NCBI GenBank assembly: GCA_965645245.1
Contig: OZ287085.1
Span: 806,001 to 870,000 of the forward strand
Source of the DNA: Massalongia carnosa
Taxonomy: Eukaryota
Reading direction: 5' to 3'
Length of the DNA: 64,000 nt
The number at the start of each line of letters is the position of its first letter. Within the stretch, counting starts at the first letter, position 1. Made by a program: the position numbers and the translations under genes. The notes below the pieces were generated by a model, which was given only the letters and a program-made list of their open reading frames with translations, was not told the DNA's origin and made no database searches. This document shows, piece after piece, positions 49,327 to 63,322 of the stretch.

Positions 49327-49658
49327 TGTTGCGAATGCCAAGCCAGCTAGATCATATCTGACGTAATATGCGAATGCCCTCGCGTATTTTACTGATATGG
49401 GAATAGTTACATCTGAGAATTTCTGGTATCTTCGATGCTTAGAAATTCAGGTCTATAGACGTTCGAGGAGAATCTCGAATGTTCTATGATCAACATGTAT
49501 ATAACATCACTCCTACGCATAGCTTAGAGATCAGTCGCAATAATCTGAATTATTTCATTCATAGAAGTTCTGTACTATCCAGAGACTTCTGGCACTCTGC
49601 CACCTATTTTCTGTGCATTGGGTCCATCATTCTCCATCCATCCCTCCTATTTTAAACA
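49327..49658. mobile_element. Solo LTR (332 bp) in the Copia-2 integrase
   Basis: TGTT...AACA with TSD AGAAC; removal restores QVEPHQ...DLIHSDV. Confidence 0.9.
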
Positions 49659-51581
49659 AGAACCACACCAGGCCCCCATCCAACCCGGCAAGCACCCGCT
49701 GGACTTAATTCACAGCGATGTCCAAGGACCTTTCCTAGAAGCCTTGAATGGTGACCTTTCTTTGCGATTTCGATAAATGGTCCTACGTCACCTTACTGCG
49801 CGTCAAAAGCGGAGTCCTTCAAGCTTTTAAAAACTACAAGAAGCAAAATGAATATGGGGACAAACGAATTAAGCGCTTGCGATCGGACTGTGGGGATGAG
49901 TATGACTCCAAGGACTTCGAGAATTTCAGAAACGAGCATGGCATTCAGTGGGAACCTACCGTACCGGGAAATCCACCCATGAACGGGACAGCCGAGCGCC
50001 TAGGTCAAACGCTTCACAAGTTAGCCAGCACCATGCGAGAAGGCGCTAAACTCGACATCAAATATTGGGCTGAAATGGTTCTCACTGCCAACTACCTAAG
50101 AAATCGACAACCAACTGCGGGACGCTCCATCACCCCCTACGAGTCTCACACCGGCAGCCCACCAGAACTAGGACATCTAAGGATAATAGGACAGATTGGC
50201 TATGCGCAAAATCGCAAGCCCTCCACCGGATGGAAGAAATTTCAGGAACGAGCCACCAAATGTACTTTAGTAGGATACGAAGGCGATCACATCTATCGAA
50301 TGATAAATCCACGGGGCGCGGTCATGCGTTATTCCAATGTTCAGTGGATAGATAACAATCCCCCAACTCCTCCTTCCTTATCATTCTCTCAAACCAAAAG
50401 AGCCCTACACGTTGGACAGTCAGGACCGCCCACAAGAAAGCAAAAAATTACCCATCATACGGACTCCCCTCATACGGACTTAGTCGACGCTCATGAATCC
50501 ATAGAATCAATTTCCACTGGACCTCTCCCATCAAACGCTGGACAAGAGGCATTGGCAAACCAACTGCCCATTGAGCCTCGGTCCCAGGCAGATATTCTCT
50601 CTAAGCACCCAAAACTTCGTGCCCCTCGCCTGACCCGCTAGCTCTTTTGGCTCTTCTTGCTCGAGCCAATGACCCAGAGCCATACGAGCCTAAAACCTAT
50701 AAACAGGCCGTAGATAGTCGGGAGGAAAAGGATTGGCGAAGGGCAATGCAGGAAGAAATTGACTCTATCAACGAAAATGATACCTGGATCCTCACCTCCC
50801 TGCCCCCGGATCGCAAAGCCCTGCGAGGAAAATGGGTTTATAAAATCAAACGAGGCCCGGCTGGCGAGATTCTTCGTTACAAGGCTCGATGGGTAGTCAG
50901 AGGCTTTGAGCAACGTGAAGGCATTGACTACAATGAGACTTTTGCTTCAGTAGTGAAGCCAATGAGCTATAAAGCCATCTTCGCTATCGTTGCAGCCAAT
51001 GACTGGGAAATTCACCAAATGGACTTAAAAACAGCCTTCATGTACGGAAGGGTGGACGAGGAAATCTACGTGGAGCAACCAACCGGTCTGGATGACGGGT
51101 CAACGAGAGTTTGCAATTTGAAGAAAGCTCTTTATGGCCTGAAACAGTCGTCTAGAATCTGGTATGAAACGATCACTACTTTTTTCAAGTCGCATGACTT
51201 CGTTCTAGTCAACGCCGACCTTAGCGTTTTCGTTAAAGAAGGGATTATCGTAGCCATTTACGTCGATGATTTAATCATCACTGGCCCTTCTTCTTCCGAG
51301 ATACAACGTGTCAAGAAACTGCTGAGCGACGAGTTCTCGATGGTTGATTTAGGCCCTATCAATTATTACCTGGGCATGACGATAACTCGGGATCGGGCTA
51401 ATAGGATTCTTCGCCTTGGTCAGCAGGCCTATATGGAAAAAGTACTACGCGACCATGGCATGTGGGACACTAACCACGTAGCTATCCCGATGGATGGGCA
51501 ACTGGAGGCTGCACCAGAGGGCAATCAGGCCACAGATGACTCCCGCCTCCGCTGCCAATCAGCAGTGGGCTCTCTCATGTA

Positions 51582-52914
51582 CAGTACTAGGCCAAAAGTC
51601 TGCGGCCCCGCACCCCACCAACATTTCAATCATTCTATTCAATCAACAATCAACCACGTCACGATTGCTGAAATGTCTTGAAACTTTACATAATGATTAC
51701 ATACATACTAAACACGAATTCCCCCAAAAATTGATTTTTAATATTTAGTATACCATCCTTCCGACGCTATACACGCTTTTATCCTCCTATTCATGCTCTC
51801 TATTAACCTCCTCATTATTTTCACATCTATCAACGTCCAGGCTTCTTCTAACGCTTTCCAAAGTACCTCACGAACAGTTTCATCACTGCCTATCACCAAA
51901 TCTATGTTCGGGTTGACTTGATAGACGAGCTTTTTGAGCACATACCAAACGTGCTCGATGGGATTTAAATCAGGTGAATAGGTGGGCCAATCGATGACCT
52001 CTATGCCGTTCTCATTGAACCATTCCATCACCTTTTTAGCCTTATATATAGGTGCGATATCCTGCATGAAAATGAGGCCCGGTTGCCAAATTCCAAGCAG
52101 ATTATCGTTCAATAATTCCAGATATGAGTTCGCCGAGTACCCAATCTTCTTCGCAGCAAAATCACGAGCCAATTTGTAAAGATCTGACCTGTCATCTCCC
52201 CAAAATGCTGCCCAAACAATGACACTGACTCCTTTGCCTCTGGGGAGAGGTTGTATCATCTCTTTATTCCATTTTCTTTCGGCAATCTGAACACCCACTG
52301 ACGCTGTTTTCCTGACCCCTTTTCCACCGAGCACTCATCTGACCATATAACTCTTGACCACTGCTCAAAAGTCCACTCACGCCGCAGCAAGCACCAATCC
52401 AATGGTTTCTTGGCCACCTCAGACGTCAATAAAGGTCCTTTTTTAGCCACCCAGTTGGTTAAACCATACAGTTTGAGTGCCCGATAAATGGTCGTACGAC
52501 TACAGGCGAGCCCCACTTCTAGTTTGATTTGTGCATAAGTGATTCGTGGATTGATTCGTGCATGCTTGATGATATAACGTCGATCGCGTTCTGACAGCAC
52601 TTCAGGCCGTCCAGAACGTGATTTAGACACGCCGTCGTTGCGAATTGAGTGCTTCTGAATGGTGCTCTGCACGGTCGATTTAGTGAAATTAAGAGTCTTC
52701 CCAATCTCGGTCGGTGTGCCCCAACGCCTGGGCTCCAACAATCATACCACGTTGATATGGCGTCAATTCAGTTACGAGGCCGATTACCACTTATGGGGGT
52801 CAAAGAAGCACGAAGCATGGTGAAATGATGAGGTGGAAGATGGGGGGTTGATGAGTTGAAAACGCGAAATCACGTAGATCACGGGTTGGGCCGCAGACTT
52901 TTGGCACGGGACTG
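51582..52914 (-). mobile_element. Tc1/impala-like DD34E transposon, frameshifted
   Basis: TA|CAGT...GCCAAAAGTCTGCGGCCC TIRs; WSDE, MQD and SPDLNPIE with DD34E spacing. Confidence 0.92.
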
Positions 52915-52916
52915 TA

Positions 52917-53314
52917 CTAGCCCTCCACAACTTTGCTCGTAATGTCCTAACGGTATACGCTCCAAAACTGTTGAAACGGCTTCAGAAAGCAATCGCAGCT
53001 CTCTCAGTCTCATCTACGCTATCATTCTCTGCAGGTACGATGAACTTGGAGGACGATTCGCAGCAAGGCTCTTAACAATCCTCGCAGGGTCGAGATGCTG
53101 AAGGTTTCGCGACTCCCGTTCTTCCTGCTAGCATCCAAAAATTGTTCGACGAGCAAAAGGAGCAGATTGACAAGCTCCTTCAGCAAATAGAACGGCAAAG
53201 GGAGGAGAACAAGGAGAAGGAGATAGAGCAGCAGATGAAGGAGAACAAGGAGAAGGATAAGCTGAGGGAGCAAATCAAGGGACTCATGGACATACTCAAA
53301 AAAATGAAGAGCTA
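52917..53314 (+). pseudogene. C-terminal fragment of a fungal hypothetical protein (possibly DUF7924-like) with a coiled-coil tail
   Basis: LALHNFARNVLTVYAPKLLKRLQKAIAAL...KDKLREQIKGLMDILKKMKS*, one internal stop; the family call is from memory only. Confidence 0.4.
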
Positions 53315-54369
53315 GCTTTAGAATACTGCGTGCTCATCCGGCCCGGCAGATAGTTATGTGGATAGTTGCGGGTAGCATTGAATTCGCCCTAAACTCACAT
53401 TCCGGAGTTAAGGGCGTTTGGCCGAAAAAGTGGAAACAACGCTGAGGAAAAATGATTGATGGAGGTACTAATAAAACAATCATTGGGACGAAAGAGTTGT
53501 TTGAAATCGTTTGCGTTGTTGATTTAAATATCCTCGCGTTGCACGTCCGCGGTCTGAACGCCGGGCTCATCGTTCGGAGACCTCCAGATCAATATTCTTC
53601 ACTAGCTATCAAACCTCCTAAACGATTATCCCACCGCTAGACTCCTGATTTCTAAATAATCCTTTTTTTCATCTCCACGAATCTCTCCTAAATTGCTTTG
53701 GTCTAAAAAAGATGGTATCGCCGAGTTGCAATGCCTGGTAGATAGAGATCAAAATAAATAGCTAAAGGACAGATATGGACATACCACCTGCTCCCGGCCT
53801 GCCCGCTCGCTTGCCCTACCTCTGCGTGTTAGCCATCTCATCACATGAAAAACTTTTCGAAGCCTCAAACTTTGACAATCGTCTATTATCAAACGGCTCT
53901 TTCATGATTCTAGCCACAGGCCATTAGCCGAGGTTGAGACGAACTGCGCCTAATCGGTTCGATGCTGAAGGGCTTCCATGTGGTTAGCTCAGGTGAAGAG
54001 GAATGTAGGCACTACCTATCTATAGAACATAGGCTTAGGCTTTGACGCGACGAGGAAAGCGGCATATGTATAGCATAGGAAAACATTAAAACAAAAAAGA
54101 CAGCAAGATTGGCCCCCTTAATGCAGAAAATTTAGACTTCGAAATTGAAGCTTCAATTTGAAACACTGTGAAACACTATGAAACATAATCGGAACGTTTT
54201 TTTGTCTGTACTCTGCCATTTTTCTGCCTCTGGAACATGGTCCGCTAACATTTAGAATTGCTGTCTTTGTTTGACCCTAGTGCATTGCGGTGTAGAGACA
54301 AAGTCACGATTGACTTACATAACCTGTACAACGCTAAGCCTCTTTGGACGCCATCCTTTTTTAAGGAGC

Positions 54370-54690
54370 TCCTGATCCAAATGATTCTGCAGTTTATTAA
54401 GAACGTAACAGACATTCCCGTCCCAAGAGTCCTCGAAGCCTATGAAGAAGATGGATCCTTCCACTTATGGACCGAGTTAATTCACGGGGCAACAATGGCG
54501 GAGCTTCTGACATCTAATCAAGTTATGATTGAAAGGCATCCTAAAACGTTCCATGATCTAGTAGAGCAGAAAATTTCCACTAGTCAGAGTTAATCACTGA
54601 CGCCTCACAACTTCTTTGTTGATAGCATTTCCCATTTGTATCGTCGTCTCCTCTACTCTGGACAGTCGTTCATACCTCCATTGAAGGCCT
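54370..54690 (+). pseudogene. APH/choline-kinase-like phosphotransferase fragment
   Basis: FIKNVTDIPVPRVLEAYEEDGSFHLWTELIHG resembles the N-lobe of fungal APH-like kinases. Confidence 0.6.
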
Positions 54691-54701
54691 ACTAGCGAGA
54701 C

Positions 54702-57700
54702 GAGAAGACTCGGGACAGTCCCCCCCCCACCGTCCCCCCAGCGAAAATCATTGCAAATTAGGACTAGCTACAAGCCACCTCCCCATACTAAATATGTGCA
54801 CGTCCACCGTCTCTCCGCAAGCTTCCTCTAGCTGATTTAGCTTAGCCCCGCATTCTGAAAAATCCTCATCTATTCATACAACTACTATTACTACTACTCC
54901 TACCACTCATTGCGATGATCTCAATTCTGAAAATGCATCACTCAATTGCGAAACATTATCCTTTCTAGGCTTCATAGTCTTAGCAACCTTTCTTGCAGCT
55001 GCGTTTTTCCTCTCCTCAGCCCTTGCTTGTTTGGCCGCTTGGTCGGCCCTCTGCTGAGACTCCAACTCCAACTGAGCCTTCGATTTTTTGGCTACCACAC
55101 CCCGTGACCCTCGTGTTGTTGTTGCAGACGATGTGGATGGTAGCTGGCTAGCGCGGATGTTTTTTTAACTGAGGCTATAAAGGGAAGGAGCTTTTGGAGA
55201 GGGAACCGTTTGGGAAAGAGCCTTTTGGCTATGTTTCGCCAGCACTTCATCAATATCTTCAAATGAATCGGAAGAAGATGCCGGGGATGGAGGGATAAAA
55301 TCATCATTCTCATTCAGAGAGAGTGGAGGATCGGGGGTAGGCTGAGTTGCTATATATTGCAGGGCATCGTCGTCAGATACGATGATAGCATCTCCGGAAT
55401 CTATACCGAATATTAGCCGCGCTACATCGATCGATTTGCTGATATCGTGGGTTTTTTATCATCAATCATACCCTTGTCTTCACCGCCTGCCCGCAATTCA
55501 TCCTCATGCCTTCTTCTCCTCCCTTCTTCAATCGAGTCCTTACGTTTAGCACGTCGCTGCTTAGCTTCATCTGCCTCAGCTGCCTCACGGCCAGTGTAAG
55601 CCCGCCGGCGACTCCCACTCTTTTTATACATGAGGTTGTCCTTCGGTCGGATTTCGTCGGGGAAAGTTGTAGGGATAAGTGGCCTCGCCAGCTCCTTGTC
55701 CTGCCATTTTTTATTGAAAATAGCAGTGAATTTGGCGAATTCACGAGCGTATCCCTCCCTTCTATGCACATTTTCTATTGATTTATGAAAATCAATTGAT
55801 TGATGTGCGGCCGCATGCAGCAAATCAACACCCCCGCGACGAAATCTATCCCCAGTATTATTGTCAACTGCCTTCTCGATTTCCTCCTCCGGCTCAGATT
55901 CTTGACTTTGTTGAGCATTCCCCCCCTCATCCGCCTCCTCATCCTGCTCTTCTGTGGTCTTCCTGTGAGCTGCTCTCCGAAACATCTCAGCGAAATTTAT
56001 GGTGGGGTCGAAAACCATGCTCCACGAGACCACAAAAGGCGGGCCATCGAAAAACCAGCGGGGATGAATGAGGGAGATAGGTATGGGGATAACATCAATG
56101 ACGCAACGATACAACCAGCATCTGCACGGAAGACCGTATCGTGGAGGCAAATCACAATCATACATACAATCCTCACCGGTTGGTTCGATTAATGCAGTCC
56201 CTTCAACTCCAAAAGAAACCTGTTGATTGAAATCTTCGGCTAAAATTTTAGCTGCATCCAACTCTCTAGATATGAGGTCAATAGCATGATGAGTTATTAA
56301 ACCTATAAGGTCTTTGAACGCACTTCTATCCATTAGCCGGGGGTTGTTGATTCGTTGATGATTGGTTGATATTTCGTAGTCAACCTAAACCCTTTGCACT
56401 GTTTCGCATATTTTCCGCACCGAGTCCTTAATAGGTGTATGCCTATTTGTCACATTCTTTACCAACGGATGCAAACCTTCCACCCTTTGTGTGCTATGTG
56501 CACCTAAATTAGGGAACTTTCTGGTGTATGCGGAAACAAACTGACACTCCTGACGTTGATAATAGCTAGTAAAATACTCCTGGAAATAGGAGTGAGTTAG
56601 CCCTTATTAACGTTTTTTGATGGCTTCATACCTTTTCTGAAGCATGAAGCTTCAATATCAACGCGTTTCTCTTCTCATCCAGCTGTTTAACGGTAGGAGT
56701 TTTGATCCACTCCCATATCAATTCATGCAGTTCTTTCCGTACTTTTAAAGGATATGAACCCGCCCTGATCAGGCGTTTCTTGATTGCCTCCGCTGCGTGC
56801 CACGAGCATAATTGCAACACACAATCCGGGTCGGTTTCGTGTATTGATTGGGCGACTTGCCATGCAACGGTCATTGCTGCATCCGGGTTTATTTCCTTAG
56901 CCCGTTTTTTATGCATCGCTGCAGTCAATCCAGCGGCGAAGTCTCCGAGGATGACCCTAGGACCAGGACATGTATCATGAAAAAAGAGATCTTTCATACA
57001 ATCAAATAGAAACGTAAAGCACTCAGCCGATTCAGAAGTTATATAACAATAGGCCGCGGGGAAAGTCTGATTTGTGTTGGTGATGCCAACCAATACCGAT
57101 AGAGGTAAGTTCAACTGATTTGTATTGAACGTAGCATCCGTTTCTATCAAAAATCCACTGACGAATCGTCTAGTCAGTCGGATCTGTTCAGCGTTACAGA
57201 AAAAGAAATGTTCAACAACACGTCTTCGGGGAGTATTGTTTTCAACGAGATATTTCTCCAAAGTCCGTACATGAAACCCTTCTTCTTCTAGAAATCCAAG
57301 TGCATAGATCAACTCTTCTTCAGGTGTATGTTTGCCCTGGGATCGAGCCAGGTTGTAATAGTCCTTCTTCGAAAGGCGCAGGCCAGTCATTCCCAAAACG
57401 CGAGATGCTTGACCGTATCTAGTTGATGCATCACGGAGACTTTTTGCTTGATCTAGGGCAGTTGCTCGATCGAGGTCTTGGCTACGATGCTCTTTGAAAC
57501 CGAAGGGGTCTGTAGCCATCTCGTGATTGTGATCAGGATTGGTGATGATTAATCTCCAGGATTCGTCTTTGTTTTGCTTCAGTCTTAGTCGATATTTGCA
57601 CTCGTTGAACGAGACCTTCGTGTTTTTTCGTACGCGGTCCTTCTCCTCTAGCTTTCTAGTGTTTCTTTCTCTTTTGTGATGACGGGTGCAATCTAGTATA

Positions 57701-58120
57701 ACGAGATGATTCTTCTTATCATTAGTCTCTGTGACCAATGCAAAGCCTTGAGTAAAGGCATAATTCTGAAGGCGGGTTTTTCCCTCCTCCCAGGAGATAA
57801 AGATTTCACTCTCACTCGGAGGAAGACGATGAGAAGACGGTAAACTCGCTATAGCCCTTTGCAAACGTGCATCCAGGGACGTTGATGTGAGGGCCATAGC
57901 AAAGAAAAAGATTAGGGAGAGAAGAAGTGCGGTCTACCTATCATAGTGATAAATTTATACAGAGGGTTGGCTGCCTATACCTATAATATTATTAATAGAG
58001 ACGGTGAACGAGGTATATGCACCTAATTATTTAGTATGGGGAGGTGGCTTGTAGCTAGTCCTAATTTGGAATGATTTTCGCTTGGGGGACGGTGGGGGGG
58101 GGACTGTCCCGAGTCTTCTC
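54702..58120 (-). mobile_element. Near full-length MULE/Mutator transposon; transposase 54907-57897 disrupted
   Basis: TIRs of about 110 bp starting GAGAAGACTCGGGACAGTCCCC; FAR1-like zinc finger, DATFNTN, GDFAAG, LQLCSWH and SWIM-like GLPCRC. Confidence 0.92.
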
Positions 58121-58313
58121 GGAGGGAGAAGAGCGGCTAATATACATTCAGCTGACTAAGCATAGAAACTTCCAGAACTAGGGCAGTGCAATTCAACAAC
58201 TACCCAGTGCAAAATAGATAAGATACTAATTCTTTCTCATCTGTTTTGCATCATCTGTCTTCACATATATATATCTTCAACAAGCTTTATATCAAATCAT
58301 CCTTTCCAATCAA

Positions 58314-58609
58314 ATGAGCAAGTCTGATTCGTCTCGAGTACAGTCGTCTCAGGTAAGGGCTATAGTTCTTTTCTGTTTTTTTGCATAATTTTTTGACAAT
58401 CTCGTGGATAGGCCAAAGGCGGTGGTGACATGTCATCGGGTGGTTTCGCAGCACGGGCACAGTCTGCCGGCGATCGAAATAACGTGTCGTCCGGCGGTCG
58501 GCAAAGCGGCACAAGTAGCGGCGGCAGAAGTAGCGGCGGCAACTACAACGGTAGATCTTCGACCGGCGGAGCTAATAACGGGCAAGGATCACATATTGAA
58601 AAGAAATGA
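58314..58609 (+). CDS. Two-exon, 78-aa Gly/Ser-rich hydrophilin (SMP/LEA-like) gene
   Basis: Exon 1 58314-58352 encodes MSKSDSSRVQSSQ. Intron 58353-58411 is GTAAGG...TTGAC...TAG. Exon 2 58412-58609 encodes AKGGGDMSSGGFAARAQSAGDRN...KK*. TATA-like run near 58266. Confidence 0.8.
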
Positions 58610-59197
58610 AGAACTTCTTTGAAATCTTATCTAGTTATAGGCTTGTACATGAGTTCGGGCGATCTTACTTTTAGAATGTATGAAGCCTGTTTAGAATCTG
58701 AGTGTTTCTTGCGTATTCATAATGAGGGTTGGTTTACAAGGCTCTCGTCATGGAGGTTAAGCCGGTAGATGGGAGATTTTCAAGATGACAGAAGGACTAA
58801 GCTACAAGAGAGCATCATGTCACTTGAAGAAATTTCAATAGGCTGGTATTTCGCTTAAATCCATAACTAGAACAAATCCCATGGATTCAATAATCAAAAT
58901 CGTTATCGACGAATTAGTTCACAGAAGTAGCCCTTATTATATACAGGATTCGAGCGTCCACCATAAAGCTGATCATAGCGGTGATCATTATCGCAATGAT
59001 GACCACTCTTATCGTAGTGACCAATATCAGTGCATGTACCTGCTCCGAGGTTCCGCCGTCATGATCTCGCCTATCCGTTCCTACGAAGGCGAAATCCGTG
59101 TTGCGTATACGGATCAAGTGTTGATACATAACCGATTCCCCCCTATGAAGTAGTTTAACTATACACAATGTATTCCTTACGAATATATATTCTTTCT

Positions 59198-60812
59198 CTA
59201 GGTCAGTCTGCCTCGCCTGGGTCTGTGTTGTGCTCCGCCTCTTGCCTTGTACTTTCGTAACAGTTCCGGTGCGTTAACCAGCTCATCTGTTGTCAGCCAT
59301 GAGTCGACCCAGCATACTCTATATCTTGTCACCAATCCAGTGCCTGCCTCCTTTACTGTATGTTCGTCAAGAATCCGCTTGATCTCCCATTCCTGCCCCT
59401 CAAGCTGTGCGGAATGGCCTTGATTCTGAGGCTGCTGGGGGATAGTGGTGATGATATCAGTTATAGTTTTTCGGTCTAGGCCAATTTCGCGTGCAGGATG
59501 CTTCTTTAAGCTCTCAAATAGAGCGACGCTACTTGATGTCACGGTTAACGTCGATTCATTGCAATCGAAGAAGGATCCGGCAAAGGAGATTGGTTTAACG
59601 CGGCAGCCGTACTTCCAACATGAAGTCCGCTCTGGCTGGGCCTCAGGTGGTGTAATGCTGCCCCAGTCTGACTTATGATGTAGAGTTGTAGATAACTTTC
59701 GACGCTTCGCAGGTTGTGGACCATCATCGTCATCGTCCTTGTGGTCTCTATTATAATTGTCACCTTTGTCGCCCTCTTCATCCTTCTCTTTCTTGTCCTT
59801 GCAATTCCCATCATTCCCACTATCCTCATTCAAAACGTTAAGAATAGTATCACAGGCTAGCTTGCCCGGATCATTACTGTCAGAATGCTTACGAATCCAT
59901 TCGTCGATCTCGTCTTCCGGTAGTTGACTAAAAGAGTGTGGGACGGAGTTGCAACGGCAAGAGATGAGACTTCCTAGTTCGGGGGACGATAGGCACTCAT
60001 TATTCTCGCTATCTCTGCTGTCATCATCATCTCCGGATGCTTCACGAATAGAAAGGGGGTCCGAAAGTCTTAAGTCAAAGCTGGTGCCACCCTTTGTTTC
60101 AACTTCTGAGATTTGAGGAGAAGCAGCTCCGCTCATCTTCACGCCTGTATCGTCGGCATGAGAATGACCGCACTCAATCTCGTATTCAGCGTCATGAAGA
60201 TCGTTCAGCGCGATGGGTTGCTCTAAGTACTGTGAGTAAAAATCTGGAGGCGATCATAAGAATAGATATACTCACCTCGACCAGTGCCTAGTCTTGATTC
60301 ACTGGATTCAGTAAGACTATCGCCCAGAGTTTGTGTGTCAACCATTCCAAAGGTACGATCGGAACTTGAATAAGTGTCCGTTGAAATCGCTTTTTGCTTC
60401 ATGAAAGGAAAAAGCTTCTCAACAGAAGGAAAATCGGTCGCTATCATTGTCTACATTATTTTCATGACTGTTCTCAGTCACAAATGAATCATCTATACTC
60501 TTCAGATACTGAAATAGAGTCGTTGATATGTGAACATACCTTGAGCCTCGACGTTGTTGTCTTCAGACGTCTGATACTGAGGGGTGATGGATCTTTCTCG
60601 TTCAGAAGTGTCATGTCTAGAACTTCTAGCAAGTCGCGTTTATCCAGAATATTGTTCAGTAGTATGTTGAACTCGTTGCGTTGCACTGTCGCCGAGTATC
60701 TCTTATTGTTAAAACAATCGGTCATGGTAGGAGCATAGGATGAGCGAGTGGATTCGTCGATGGAGGTTGCAGCTATCGTGGAAGTAGGTTGATAAAAGAT
60801 GATGGAACCCAT
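59198..60812 (-). pseudogene. Multi-exon acidic protein with a C-terminal chromodomain-like module, probably frameshifted
   Basis: EWEIKRILD...YRVCWVDSWL...LVNAPELLRKY; donor sites GTATGT (60539) and GTGAGT (about 60277); the spliced frame does not stay open. Confidence 0.55.
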
Positions 60813-63322
60813 GATGAAACGGAAGTCAAGATGGATACGCCCGACAAGTCGAAATAATTAATTGCTGGAATAATGGCAATGCTTTAACGATTTTGAAGAG
60901 GGAATGTCGATAAAGCTGAATGTTTATATAGACAGCAGCTGGCGGCCTGCTGATCTCCCTGGCTCGCCGTAATCTTCCTTCCCGCCTTGAATGACTCCGA
61001 CAAGCCAATTATCTGCTGAAATTGGCGAAAGCTAAGAAGCAAGAGTTACGAGAGACTAGCGTGACACTAGCCGCGCATTCATGGCTGAAATCATGCCGTT
61101 GTCATGTCGCCAATCGGTCCGATCGCAGGATTGATATGAGTGACCTTGAAGTCTAGAAAATCAGCTCCGCTATTTCCGCTAGAATTACCCATACGGCCAT
61201 CATTAACTGACACTGCACTACGCCTTTTTTCAAGAAGAAAAGGCAACTCCAACACTTCGCCATGATTCATCGATTCGAAACCCGGAAAGGTTGGAGAAAA
61301 TAATGCCCAAGGTTGGCATTAGGCCTCACGATACTCGTATTGATATTAACAAGGTGATCGTCAGTTCTATGGCGGAGTTTATTGTGAATTATGGTATGCC
61401 ATCAAATCACTCTTGGCAAGGCACATTTCAGAACCTCTTTCAAGGCGCGTATTCTCATTTCGATAGAGAAAACCCGCCTTGTGCTTGAGCCTAGAGCCTG
61501 CATATTGCATTTCCGGCCACAGGGGATGATCATGTATAGCCTGCCCCATTGTCTTGAATATCATAATCTTTCCCGCGACTGCAGCTGTGTCCAAATCCAG
61601 GCAGTACGCAGGGCTCTTCCTAATCGCCATGTCGCACTGTTGCGACCTTAATCTCCTAATGCACTAGATTAACAAAAACTGCCTTGCCTCGTCGTGGCGG
61701 GTCTCTTTCGTGATACCTTGTAAACTGGTTTCCGTATCAATCAGAGGAGCAGTTGAAGCGAGAACACAGGGCATCCAACTCGCCGGCGTCAAGCTATCAT
61801 GATCGAAATGATACAATTGTCCCCCTCGCCGGATCATTGGTTGAATGATGCTGCTGCAGCTGATTCGAAAATCTCCACTTTCATCCGATTGCTCATGCGG
61901 CACGTGCGCGCATTGGCAATTTCCATCCTTGTCGAATGTACACTACTGAATACGAGAACGGCCGCGTCATCGATTGCATTGCCCGCTCTCATTGATCTAG
62001 CGATCGCCGATTAGCTGTCTAATCGTCGCGATGAATTGATAATATTGTCGGTGAGCCCGAGATGGAGCTGAAACAAAGAGGAGACTAAGTGCATCTCGCA
62101 TCAATCAATGCTATGACATGTCCGAGGATCGACACAAAGGAGGCTTGAATTCGAGCCCAGACCCAACGAAATACGATGAGTTGAGACAAGTGAAGAAGGC
62201 GAAGTGCATTACACAGGCGTTAACAACAGCCCGGTCTCGTCGGCGGATTCAGACATTATTGAAGCGCATCAGACCAGACATTGTTAATATATGATTGGTC
62301 CGTAGAGAAGACACTCGACTATCATACAAGCTAGCGAAAGGCCCGAATAGAACGGCTGAGACACGGCGTAGAGGAACTGGAGGATCAGGCAGCAGTCAAG
62401 GAGAAGCGGTCCGAGCTGAACAGATGAGATAGAGGTTGAACGAAGTTGAAAAAACAGCGAGGAGAGGGAGCCTACTTAAATATTCGAGAGGTGATGTTGG
62501 ACTCAAGCGGCAAGCGCATCACGCTCGGGCGCGATCCCCGATATCGTAATTCACTGCTATTCGGAACACCCGCTTATTCGGAACTAACAAATTTGATACC
62601 AACCTTCGTAATCTTTTATCACCGCCGCATCCGCAAAATTTCTAGCACATGTACTCGGGAATTGATGAACAGGTTCTAGTGAATAAATATAGCTAGGCAT
62701 AAGCTTATAGAGCTACATTTTACGAGTGTTACAGATGACACGACCGCGCGAGCTAATCCGAAGCTCTAAAACTTCCTACTTCTCCCCCTTTCCTACTATT
62801 TCCACATCACCTTGTACCAACCTAGTGATATTTTTCTTTCTTGGTATACCTTTTCCTTTATTTCGAGCAGTTTTTTTAAATCCTAGGTCACCCTCAACTG
62901 TCTCCTTAAAAATATGAGGTGTAATCTGAATAAGGTCGTGAAAAGCGTTTTAAAAGATAGAATCGTCTCGTTTCTTATTTTTAAGTAAAGATCAAGATAT
63001 TACAAGATCAGGCACGTATATTAGGTCGGGCTCAAATCGCATTAGGTCTTTAGATACCTGAAAAAATAGTCGATCGTTCTGGTTTTCTTTCCTTACCTGT
63101 GATCTAGCCTCTTTCTCCTTTTTCTTATTTCAGCTAGTTGTCTTCTTTTCTCCACATCTTCTAACTCAATACACGATCCCCTTGAACATCATATTGAGTG
63201 CCCGTACGTTGAGCTCGTTGTTTTTTTCGTGTATTGGCTGCTAAAAGCTCCGTATTAGTACGATTCAAGACAATATGATCAGTCATAGCAAGCCTAGCTG
63301 CTTTAAAGGTTTTTTGTAGAAG

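Larger units (their letters stand above)
46667..51581 (+). mobile_element. Ty1/Copia element (Copia-2), 3'-truncated
   Basis: LTR about 46667-46855 followed by PBS GGTTATGAGCCC; CNHCRKDYHVESEC; WICDSG; WHARLGH; RLRSD; YKARWV; YGLKQ; YVDD; stops at GSLMY. Confidence 0.92.

Noticed and set aside
54690..58130. TSD of the MULE
   Set aside because: The best match is TAGCGAGA versus GAGGGAGA (6/8), too degenerate to call.
62400..63320. Short ORFs and an AT-rich decayed segment
   Set aside because: Probably an old TE relic, but no family motif could be identified.
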